Source: an uncultured virus (IMG/VR IMGVR_UViG_3300021958_000055) (lineage: Duplodnaviria > Heunggongvirae > Uroviricota > Caudoviricetes). Taken from it: a stretch of DNA of 64,000 nucleotides. The stretch lies in the IMG/VR virus record IMGVR_UViG_3300021958_000055; one strand, given 5' to 3'. Of the stretch, positions 16,912-25,095 are shown one piece after another. The position numbers and the translations under genes are program-made. Numbering within the stretch: position 1 is the stretch's first letter; the number at the start of each line of letters is the position of its first letter. The notes below the pieces were generated by a model. It did not search any database, was not told the DNA's origin, and worked only from the letters and a program-made list of their open reading frames with translations.

Positions 16912-17643
16912 ATGGGATATGTAGGTAAAAAACCAACAGCAGCACCTTTAACTTCAAGTGATGTTACAGATGGAATTATATCTAATGCAAAATTAGCACA
17001 AGATATTATTTCTGCTGAAACTGCTTTAACTTCTGAACCAGCTGATACAGATGAGTTTATTTTATCTGATGCTGGAACTTTAAAAAGAATTGATTACAGT
17101 TTAATTAAAGGTGGTGGAGGATTAGTTCCTTTATCACACACAACTATTTCAAGTTCTACAGCCAGTGCTGCATTTACTTCAGGCATTGATAGCACTTATG
17201 ATGCTTATAAATTTGTTCTTTCAGGTGTAAGACCTGTAACAGATGACGTAGATTTTCATTTATTATTTTCGGTTGATGGTGGATCAAGTTATCTTAGTAG
17301 TAGTTATAAGTATTCAGTAACATCAAGAGATTCAGGTACAAATGTAGAAGATGGAAGCAGTGATACTGCTAGTTTTATATTACTTACAGGTGATGATGTT
17401 GGAAGTGAATCTGATGAAAGTTTTAATGCAGAAATGGTTTTATATCATCCATCAAATACTACTTTTCATAAGCAAATAGCTTTTCAAGGTGTTTATTACG
17501 ATCATGCTGCTTTACCTAATTACTTTTTAGGAATGGGAGCAAATTCAGGTTCTGTTGCGGCAGTAAATGGTATTAAATTTCAATTTGCTAGTGGCAATAT
17601 AGCAGAAGGTAGTTTTACAATGTACGGAATAGCAAAAGCATAG
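16912..17643 (+). CDS. tail fibre tip/adhesin family paralog 1
   Basis: C-terminal FTSGIDSTY..Y.F ... AV.GI.F....GNI..G...MYG domain shared with the next four genes. Confidence 0.65.
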   Translation: MGYVGKKPTAAPLTSSDVTDGIISNAKLAQDIISAETALTSEPADTDEFILSDAGTLKRIDYSLIKGGGGLVPLSHTTISSSTASAAFTSGIDSTYDAYKFVLSGVRPVTDDVDFHLLFSVDGGSSYLSSSYKYSVTSRDSGTNVEDGSSDTASFILLTGDDVGSESDESFNAEMVLYHPSNTTFHKQIAFQGVYYDHAALPNYFLGMGANSGSVAAVNGIKFQFASGNIAEGSFTMYGIAKA

Positions 17644-17653
17644 GAGATAAATT

Positions 17654-18634
17654 ATGGCATATATAGGTAGAGAACCAACAATAGGAAACTTTCAAGTCTG
17701 CGATGCTATTAGTGTAGTTAATGGTCAAGCTGCATATACGATGCAAGTATCATCTGTAAATGTAGTACCTGAAACAGCTAACCACATGATCGTATCTTTA
17801 AATGGTGTTATTCAAGCACCTGGTAGTTCTTATACTGTATCAGGTTCAACGATTACATTTGCATCGAACCTTGTAACAGGTGATGTTATAGACTTTATTC
17901 ATATACTAGGATCAGTTCTTGATCTTGGTGTACCAAGCGATGACACAGTAACAGCAGCTAAAATATCTTCTAATGCTGTGACAGGTGCTAAATTAAATAC
18001 AGATGTTATATCAGCTCAAACTGCTTTGGCTACTGCACCTGATGATACTGATGAGTTTTTAGTTAGTGATGCTGGGGTTTTAAAAAGAATTGACTATTCA
18101 CTTATTAAAGGTGGTGGACAATGGGAATTTATTTCTGAACTAACAGGTTCTTCATCAACTTCGACACTAGATTTTACAACCTTATCTACTGACTATAAAG
18201 ATTTTTGTTTTTCAATGCAAAATCTGCATCCTGAAAGTGATAATGTAAGAGTATATATGAGAGTATTTACTGGTACTGGTGGATCACAGGCAATTGATAG
18301 TGGTGGTAATTACGGATATGCTGGAATAGTAAGATTTGATAGCACAACCACAGGTAATGGTGAATCACAAAATCAAATATATATTACTGACCTAGTAGGA
18401 AATGCCGATACGGAAAATGCTGCAGGAGAAGTTTTTTTATACAATCCACATGAAACAACATTTCATAAACTTATAAAATCACATTCTGTTACTATGAGAA
18501 ATGATAGTGTTGTTGGTATTGGTAATTACGCTGGTAAATATAGTAATACTGGAGCAGTTACTGGTGTAAGATTTTATTTTTCTGCTGGTGAAATAAGTGG
18601 CAAAATAGCAATGTACGGCAGAAAACGATCATAG
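17654..18634 (+). CDS. tail fibre tip/adhesin family paralog 2
   Basis: LNGVIQ.P...YTVSGSTITF module, DTDEF..SDAG.LKRIDYSLIKGGG linker, shared C-terminal domain. Confidence 0.65.
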   Translation: MAYIGREPTIGNFQVCDAISVVNGQAAYTMQVSSVNVVPETANHMIVSLNGVIQAPGSSYTVSGSTITFASNLVTGDVIDFIHILGSVLDLGVPSDDTVTAAKISSNAVTGAKLNTDVISAQTALATAPDDTDEFLVSDAGVLKRIDYSLIKGGGQWEFISELTGSSSTSTLDFTTLSTDYKDFCFSMQNLHPESDNVRVYMRVFTGTGGSQAIDSGGNYGYAGIVRFDSTTTGNGESQNQIYITDLVGNADTENAAGEVFLYNPHETTFHKLIKSHSVTMRNDSVVGIGNYAGKYSNTGAVTGVRFYFSAGEISGKIAMYGRKRS

Positions 18635-18644
18635 GAGATAAATT

Positions 18645-19250
18645 ATGGCTCTTAACTTTGCTAACAACAATTCCTTATCTTCAATTACAGAAATACCATC
18701 AGGTATTAGTGGTGGTGGATTAAATTTAATATCTACACAGACAGCTAGTAGTAGTTCAACAATAGATTTTACTAGCGGTATAGATAGCACTTATAAAGAA
18801 TATATTTTTAAGTTTTATAATGTTCATCCTGATGGCGGAACTGGTAGACACTTTAGTTTTCAAGGTAGCACAGATGGTGGAAGTTCTTATGGAGTAAATA
18901 TTACTTCAACATTCTTTCAAGCAGATCATAATGAAGCAGATACAACAGCAAATTTAACTTATGAAGGTGGTAAAGATTTAGCACAATCAACTAGCTTTCA
19001 AAGAGTTTTAAGTAGTATTACAGCAAACGCTGATGATAGTGGTAGCGGAACTTTACACATCTTTGAACCATCTAGCGACACTTTTGTGAAGCACTTTATT
19101 GCTACAGGAACTTTAGTTGCTGATGCTTATGTTAATGCAAATTATGTTGCTGGTTATTTTAATACAACAAGTGCTATTGATGCCATACAATTTAAGTTTG
19201 ATTCAGGAAATATTGAAAGTGGAGTTATAAAATTATATGGCGTTAGTTAA
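18645..19250 (+). CDS. tail fibre tip/adhesin family paralog 3
   Basis: shared domain; positional homolog at 57027. Confidence 0.65.
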   Translation: MALNFANNNSLSSITEIPSGISGGGLNLISTQTASSSSTIDFTSGIDSTYKEYIFKFYNVHPDGGTGRHFSFQGSTDGGSSYGVNITSTFFQADHNEADTTANLTYEGGKDLAQSTSFQRVLSSITANADDSGSGTLHIFEPSSDTFVKHFIATGTLVADAYVNANYVAGYFNTTSAIDAIQFKFDSGNIESGVIKLYGVS

Positions 19251-19854
19251 ATACAATAACAATTCAATTTCAAGTGTAACTGCTTTAGATAGCTTACCAG
19301 CTGGTGGTTTGAATTTACTTGCCACAAACAATATTACATCAGGAGTAGCTTCATCTTCTTTTACTTCTAATATTGATAGCACATACGATACTTATATTTT
19401 TAAGTTTATTAATATGCACCCAGCGACACAGGCTGCTGAGTTTCAATTTCAGGTAAATGCAAGTGGTCAAACTGGCTTTAACGAAACAATGACAACTACT
19501 CTTTTTCAAACATATCATTATGAAGATAGTTCATATACTTCTTTAAACTATAGAACTTCACACGATCAAGCACAAGGAACAGCATATCAATCTATTAGTG
19601 ATGATATTACAAATGATAATGATGGTTCTTGTTCAGGTTATTTATATTTATTTTCGCCAAGTTCGACAACTTTTGTGAAACATTTTATATCAAGAGTTAA
19701 TACTCATGGACATGACACAACAAGATTTACAGATACTAAATTTTGTGCTGGATATATAAATACTACGTCTGCTATTGATGAAATAAGTTATCAAATGTCT
19801 ACAGGAAACATAGATAATGGTATCATCAAAATGTATGGATTGAGTAAATCATGA
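19237..19854 (+). CDS. tail fibre tip/adhesin family paralog 4
   Basis: shared domain; positional homolog at 57613. Confidence 0.65.
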   Translation: MALVKYNNNSISSVTALDSLPAGGLNLLATNNITSGVASSSFTSNIDSTYDTYIFKFINMHPATQAAEFQFQVNASGQTGFNETMTTTLFQTYHYEDSSYTSLNYRTSHDQAQGTAYQSISDDITNDNDGSCSGYLYLFSPSSTTFVKHFISRVNTHGHDTTRFTDTKFCAGYINTTSAIDEISYQMSTGNIDNGIIKMYGLSKS

Positions 19855-20453
19855 GTATAATTAAATTAAATAATAGAGCAGTAAAAGATGCAACAGCAGT
19901 AGGTAGCATAACAGGACTTGGTAATTTAGTTTTTATATCAAGATCAACTGCTAGTTCATCAGCAAGTTTAAGCATAACATCAGGTATTGATAGTACTTAC
20001 AAAGAATATATATTTGTTTTTAATAATATTCACCCAGCTACTACTGCTAATTTTACATTTCAAGTAAATGCTTCAGGACAAACAGGATTTAATGAAACTA
20101 TGACAACTACAGCATTTAGAGCAACACATTTTGAAAGTGGTGCTAGTGCAAGTCTTGATTATAAAACTAATATAGACCAAGCACAAGGCACATCATATCA
20201 AGTTATGGCAGAACAAATAAGCACTGGAAATGATGAAAGTTGTTCAGGAACACTTCATTTATTTGAACCATCTAGCGACACGTTCGTGAAACATTTTATG
20301 ACAAATTTGAGTGCATATATGGATTCAACAACATCACACAATTATTTTACTGCTGGTTATATAAACACTACATCAGCAATTACAGAAATAGACTTTAAAA
20401 TGAGTACAGGAAATATAGATTCAGGTACAATAGATATGTATGGAGTTAAATAA
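19851..20453 (+). CDS. tail fibre tip/adhesin family paralog 5
   Basis: shared domain; positional homolog at 58229. Confidence 0.65.
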   Translation: MSIIKLNNRAVKDATAVGSITGLGNLVFISRSTASSSASLSITSGIDSTYKEYIFVFNNIHPATTANFTFQVNASGQTGFNETMTTTAFRATHFESGASASLDYKTNIDQAQGTSYQVMAEQISTGNDESCSGTLHLFEPSSDTFVKHFMTNLSAYMDSTTSHNYFTAGYINTTSAITEIDFKMSTGNIDSGTIDMYGVK

Positions 20454-20490
20454 AAAATTATGATACTAACACAAACACAAGGAGAAAAAT

Positions 20491-20787
20491 ATGGCAAGAT
20501 ATAAAATGGTAAATGGAGAAAGAATCCAATTTACAGCAGAAGAAGAAGCAGCTAGAGACGCAGAAGAAGCGGCTTGGACAGCTGGTGCTAAAGATAGATC
20601 AATAGCAAATCTTAGAGCAAAAAGAAATAATTTGCTTAAAGAAACAGATCATTATGGTTTATCTGATATAACTATGTCTGCTGACATGGCAACATACAGA
20701 CAAAATCTTAGAGATTTGCCTGGTACTGTTACTGATGAGAATACTGCTGCTGAAGTTGATGCTATCACATTTCCAACAAAACCTTAA
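20491..20787 (+). CDS. tail fibre assembly chaperone
   Basis: LR.KRN.LL.ETD ... YRQ.LRDLP ... FPTKP motif. Confidence 0.8.
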   Translation: MARYKMVNGERIQFTAEEEAARDAEEAAWTAGAKDRSIANLRAKRNNLLKETDHYGLSDITMSADMATYRQNLRDLPGTVTDENTAAEVDAITFPTKP

Positions 20788-21128
20788 TGGCTAATATATA
20801 TAAAAATGCAATGTTTGATCTTACAACGACAGATAAAACAACTGTATATACCTGTCCTGCTAATAGAACAGCTTTAATAAAAGCAATACAAGTTACTAAT
20901 ATTCATACAGGTTCTGTTGAATTAGAAGCATTTGCTACAGACTCATCTGATTCTGATGCTGAACATGAAATAAGTCACATATTACTTGCATCAAAAACTG
21001 TAGAAAACTTAGTTAAAGGAATAATGGTTTTAGAAGCTGGAGATTCTTTAAAATTAGAAGCTGCATCTGCTAATAATATAGCTGGTATTGTTAGTTATTT
21101 AGAAATATTTGACGAAAAGTCTGCATGA
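20787..21128 (+). CDS. putative structural protein
   Basis: paralog at 59164. Confidence 0.65.
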   Translation: MANIYKNAMFDLTTTDKTTVYTCPANRTALIKAIQVTNIHTGSVELEAFATDSSDSDAEHEISHILLASKTVENLVKGIMVLEAGDSLKLEAASANNIAGIVSYLEIFDEKSA

Positions 21129-21559
21129 TTGAATTGGTATATATACCTGAAGATATGGTCGATGATGCGTGGAAACATGTTGAAAAAGACGTTGCTGATG
21201 CGTTAGCAAGATCTAATGGTTATGCTTTATCCAGTAGTATTAAACAATGGATAAAAGAAAAGAAAATGCAGCTATGGATGCTTTGGGATAAAGACAATAA
21301 AGAAGCTCCATATTATGGTGTTGTAGTTACTGAGATATTACAAAGACCATTAAAGAGATGTTTGAACATTAGAATAATGACAGGACATCATAGAGAAAAG
21401 TGGCAACACTTAATTAAGAATATAGAAAAATTTGCTTGGGATAATAAATGTGATTCTATGGAACTCATTGCTAGACCAGGTTGGCAAAAAGTATTAAGTA
21501 GATTTGGGTACAATAGAACTCATGTCTTACTAGAAAAAAACAATAAGGAGAAAAAATAA
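21125..21559 (+). CDS. GNAT-like protein preceding the ejection genes
   Basis: C..MELIARPGW.KVL..FGY motif; paralog at 59530. Confidence 0.5.
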   Translation: MIELVYIPEDMVDDAWKHVEKDVADALARSNGYALSSSIKQWIKEKKMQLWMLWDKDNKEAPYYGVVVTEILQRPLKRCLNIRIMTGHHREKWQHLIKNIEKFAWDNKCDSMELIARPGWQKVLSRFGYNRTHVLLEKNNKEKK

Positions 21560-21560
21560 T

Positions 21561-22280
21561 ATGTCATTTGGAGGAGGATCATCATCAGGAGGTGGTGGAA
21601 CTACAATACAAAGTGCTGAACCATATGCACCAGCTCAACCAGCATTAAATCAGATTATATCTGATGCTAGTGCTATTTATGGTCAAGGGCCACAATATGT
21701 AGATCCAACAACACAACAGTTACAAGGTTTAGCTGCACAAGAAAATATTGCTAATTTAGCAAATACTCAAATAGCTAATACAATATCAGGACAGTATTCT
21801 AATCCTTTTTTATCTCCTTTAATTGCAGATGTAGCATCTAGTGCTTATACTAATGTTGCACAACAATTTAGTGGAGCTGGTAGAACACCAGGCAGTCCTA
21901 TGTCTCAACAACAAGTTGTAAGCCAGTTAGGAAAACAAGCATTACCGCTAGCTTTTCAATCATATGAAGCTGAAAGAAACAGACAACTACAGACTGCAAG
22001 AGCAGTACCTAGTTTAACAGCTGTTGGTCAAGAATTAAGAGGATTACAACAAGAACAAAATTTAGCTCCATATCAAAACTTACAAAGATTTGCTAATGTA
22101 GTTACACCTATCGCATCAGGATTCCCTGTATCACAAGGAACACAATCATTTGAAGCTAATCCAGTAGGAATGGCAGCAGGTGGTGCTTTAACAGGTGCTG
22201 CTTTAGGATCTATGTTTGATAGAACAGGTATGGGAGCTGCGATAGGTGGAGGCTTTGGATTACTAGGAGGATTGTTATAA
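21561..22280 (+). CDS. DNA ejection / internal virion protein
   Basis: MSFGGGSS.GG start, Q/A-rich body, Gly-rich hydrophobic C-terminus; paralog at 59970. Confidence 0.6.
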   Translation: MSFGGGSSSGGGGTTIQSAEPYAPAQPALNQIISDASAIYGQGPQYVDPTTQQLQGLAAQENIANLANTQIANTISGQYSNPFLSPLIADVASSAYTNVAQQFSGAGRTPGSPMSQQQVVSQLGKQALPLAFQSYEAERNRQLQTARAVPSLTAVGQELRGLQQEQNLAPYQNLQRFANVVTPIASGFPVSQGTQSFEANPVGMAAGGALTGAALGSMFDRTGMGAAIGGGFGLLGGLL

Positions 22281-23173
22281 TGTCTAGTGGTGGTGATTCA
22301 TCAAGTTCAGGTAACGATTCAGTTTCAGCAGATGTTGAAGCAGGATTAGCTACTGAATCTATGTCAGATTATTCTGTATCAGAAGGTGGTACAGGATTTG
22401 AAGGATCACCTGAAATAGGTGGCAGTAGAACAAGTAACACAACTACCACAACTACCACAGATTCTGATGGCGATGATATTGATTCACAATATGTTACTGG
22501 TAAAGAATTTAATGTAACACCTGTAAATCAACCTAGTGTAATTGATTATGCTAAAGATGAATTTAGAAAACAAAATTTATTTAAAAAAGGCACTACTGTT
22601 AAAGGTTTATTAAATTTTAATACATTAGAGCCAGTTACTACAACTATTGGTTTACTTTATTCAGGAGCAAAAGCTAAAAGAGAAGCTGAAAAAAAAACTG
22701 AACCAACTCTTGCTACAGGTGAAGATGGTATCGGAGAAGGTGATTATCAATCAACTGTTGCAGATTGGGCAGAGTCTAGAGGCTTAACTGATGATTATTC
22801 ATCAGAAGATTTAGAAACTCAACGTAGTATAGATCAACAAGCATTTGATGCAGGATTTAGAACACAAGAAGCTAAAGATATGAATTTAACAGGAGGTGAT
22901 AATAATAATCCACCTACTGTAACAACTGGTGATAACGACTATGCAGTTGCTCCTAGTCCTTTTAAAATAGTAAATACACAAGGAACAGGATTACCTGATC
23001 CATCTAATTTTATATATAATTATGTAGGATCAAAACAAAATATTCTAGACTTATATGATAATGTACAGAATGTTTTATATAAACCACAAACAAATAATGG
23101 ATTACTTGCAGTAAGCGATAGTCCTTATTATGATTTTTTAAAAGCAAGTAACCTAAATAGGAGAATATTATAA
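22280..23173 (+). CDS. putative internal virion protein (acidic, S/T-rich)
   Basis: paralog at 60798 shares GFEGSPE.GG and TGEDG.GEGDY. Confidence 0.55.
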   Translation: MSSGGDSSSSGNDSVSADVEAGLATESMSDYSVSEGGTGFEGSPEIGGSRTSNTTTTTTTDSDGDDIDSQYVTGKEFNVTPVNQPSVIDYAKDEFRKQNLFKKGTTVKGLLNFNTLEPVTTTIGLLYSGAKAKREAEKKTEPTLATGEDGIGEGDYQSTVADWAESRGLTDDYSSEDLETQRSIDQQAFDAGFRTQEAKDMNLTGGDNNNPPTVTTGDNDYAVAPSPFKIVNTQGTGLPDPSNFIYNYVGSKQNILDLYDNVQNVLYKPQTNNGLLAVSDSPYYDFLKASNLNRRIL

Positions 23174-24246
23174 TGTCAGACAAAAGTTTTTTAGACAAAT
23201 TAAGAGAAAGGTCTACAGGTATATTAGGCGATGCAGGAGATCCTATGGGAGAAGCTGCTATGAACGTAGAGTATGATAGAAATCAAACCTTTACCTCAGC
23301 TAATTTTGGTCAAAATATTAGAAATCCATATTCAGGATTGAAAGAATTTAAATCTGTACCTTATAGAATAGATGCAAGTGGTAGAAAAGTAGCTGCTGAT
23401 GGATCTACAGCTGGAATAAAAGGTAGACAAGCAGCATCACCTAGAGCTATGGGAGCTGAAGGTCTTGGTATAAATGATGATCAAGCTAGAAGAATTTTTG
23501 GTATGGATCTAGCTGGTATACAATCACAATGGAAAGACAAAGGTGGTTTTGAAGGTCTTATGGCTAATCCTATGTTTACATTAGGTTTAGGACTTATGAA
23601 ATCATCAGCTACAGGACAACCTATGTCACAATCATTATTAAATAATGCAGTTACAGCTGGTGCAATATCAGGTGAATATGCAGATAGAATTAAAGAAAGA
23701 TCAGAAGTATTAGCTCCTGTTAGTGAAGAACAAAGAGATGAAGTAGCAGCAGTTCTTGCAGAAGATAATTATTATAAACCTAATGTTTTGGATAAATTAA
23801 AAACAGGTAATCAATCAGCTAAATATAGAGAAGCTCTTGATGATATTTATGATAGAGCAGAAAAGATTGCTAAAAAAGAATCTAAAAGTGGTAAGTCTGT
23901 AAGATTTGGTAGAGTACATATTAGAAAAGCTATTAAACAATTAGAAGCAAGTGGTAAGCTTAAGAAAAGAGATCCATCATTTTTTGGTATTATTGGTGGT
24001 ACTGTTGAATCTACAAGTAAGATTGATGGTGCTAGAGAAATGGGTGGGCCAGTTACACAAGGCAAAAACTATTTAGTTGGTGAAGCTGGGCCTGAAATCT
24101 TTACACCTAAAACAACTGGTAAAGTAGTAAGCAATGATGACAGTAATGTTGTTGCTATGCTATTAGAAGCTAACCCACAACTTAAAAACGTATCTCTAGA
24201 TAGAGCTACTAAAATATTAAAAAACAGGTTCCCTGATTACTTTTAA
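23173..24246 (+). CDS. putative internal virion protein
   Basis: long ORF in the ejection cluster; C-terminal GGPV...YLVGEAGPEIF.P motif. Confidence 0.55.
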   Translation: MSDKSFLDKLRERSTGILGDAGDPMGEAAMNVEYDRNQTFTSANFGQNIRNPYSGLKEFKSVPYRIDASGRKVAADGSTAGIKGRQAASPRAMGAEGLGINDDQARRIFGMDLAGIQSQWKDKGGFEGLMANPMFTLGLGLMKSSATGQPMSQSLLNNAVTAGAISGEYADRIKERSEVLAPVSEEQRDEVAAVLAEDNYYKPNVLDKLKTGNQSAKYREALDDIYDRAEKIAKKESKSGKSVRFGRVHIRKAIKQLEASGKLKKRDPSFFGIIGGTVESTSKIDGAREMGGPVTQGKNYLVGEAGPEIFTPKTTGKVVSNDDSNVVAMLLEANPQLKNVSLDRATKILKNRFPDYF

Positions 24247-24255
24247 GGAGACAAT

Positions 24256-25095
24256 ATGAAATTTGTAAAATTAGACATATTTGGTTTTGTAGACAAACCA
24301 ATGAGAAGAAAAGATCAAACTTCTGCTTTAAAGAAGTTTCCAAAAAGCAAAAAATTTAAAATTACTAAAGTATCTGCACAAAAATCACCTGATAGGTTTT
24401 CATCTTTAAGAGCAAGAGATGTAGCTGAAAAAGCAGCACGTGATAGATTTGGTGATGCTCCTGAATATATGGGTATGAGTCAGAAATCTATGCTTGATAT
24501 GGCATCAGAAAGCTATGCTCAAAAAGCATCTGATAGAGTATTTGTTAAAACTATAAAAAAAGAAATGAGTGCTAGTAGATTAAGAACTGCTGCTGGTATT
24601 AAAGGTAGAAAATTAAAAGTTAAAACACCTACAGCTCCTACATTTAAACAACAAAAAGCTGGTATATTGAAGGGATCAGGATTACCTAAATCTAAACCTG
24701 CACTAAAAATGGCTAAAGCAGAAGGTGCTAAAGAATCTTTAAAAACTGCAACAAAGAAAAGTGATGCTGCATTTGAAAAGATTACAGAAAGATTTACTGC
24801 TAGAGTTAAAGCAAGTCCATTTAAAACTAGAAGTATTAGTATTCAAAAACCATTTACTGGCACAAGAGCAGAAAACTTAAGAGAAAAGAAAGCAACAAGA
24901 GATGCTTTCAAAGCTATGGGTATTGATGATAGAGTAGAGTCAAATTTTAGAAGTAGATATTATACAAAACGTACAAAAGGTGGAAAAGTATTATCAGATA
25001 CTTTTACTAAACAAGTAACAGATTCTCAAGACAGAGTTTTAACAGGTAAGAAAAAAAGACAAGCTTTACTATTTGATAAACTTTTTAAAGACTAA
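24256..25095 (+). CDS. Lys/Arg-rich basic protein
   Basis: 279 aa, strongly K/R/A/S biased; SD AAGGAG. Confidence 0.7.
   Translation: MKFVKLDIFGFVDKPMRRKDQTSALKKFPKSKKFKITKVSAQKSPDRFSSLRARDVAEKAARDRFGDAPEYMGMSQKSMLDMASESYAQKASDRVFVKTIKKEMSASRLRTAAGIKGRKLKVKTPTAPTFKQQKAGILKGSGLPKSKPALKMAKAEGAKESLKTATKKSDAAFEKITERFTARVKASPFKTRSISIQKPFTGTRAENLREKKATRDAFKAMGIDDRVESNFRSRYYTKRTKGGKVLSDTFTKQVTDSQDRVLTGKKKRQALLFDKLFKD

Larger units (their letters stand above)
15621..18637 (+). repeat. ~3.0 kb direct repeat, copy 1 (tail-fibre block)
   Basis: matches 54004..57020 at a constant offset of 38,383; identical translations; differences seen only near the ends (15650 and after ~18542). Confidence 0.95.

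Noticed and set aside
15621..18637. Terminal direct repeat of a single linear genome
   Set aside because: Sequence outside the repeats is paralogous to, not identical with, the interior, so it is not simple terminal redundancy or a concatemer of one genome
16912..20453. Diversity-generating retroelement or shufflon acting on the tail array
   Set aside because: No reverse transcriptase, invertase or non-coding template repeat is visible; differences between copies are not adenine-specific and all genes are co-oriented
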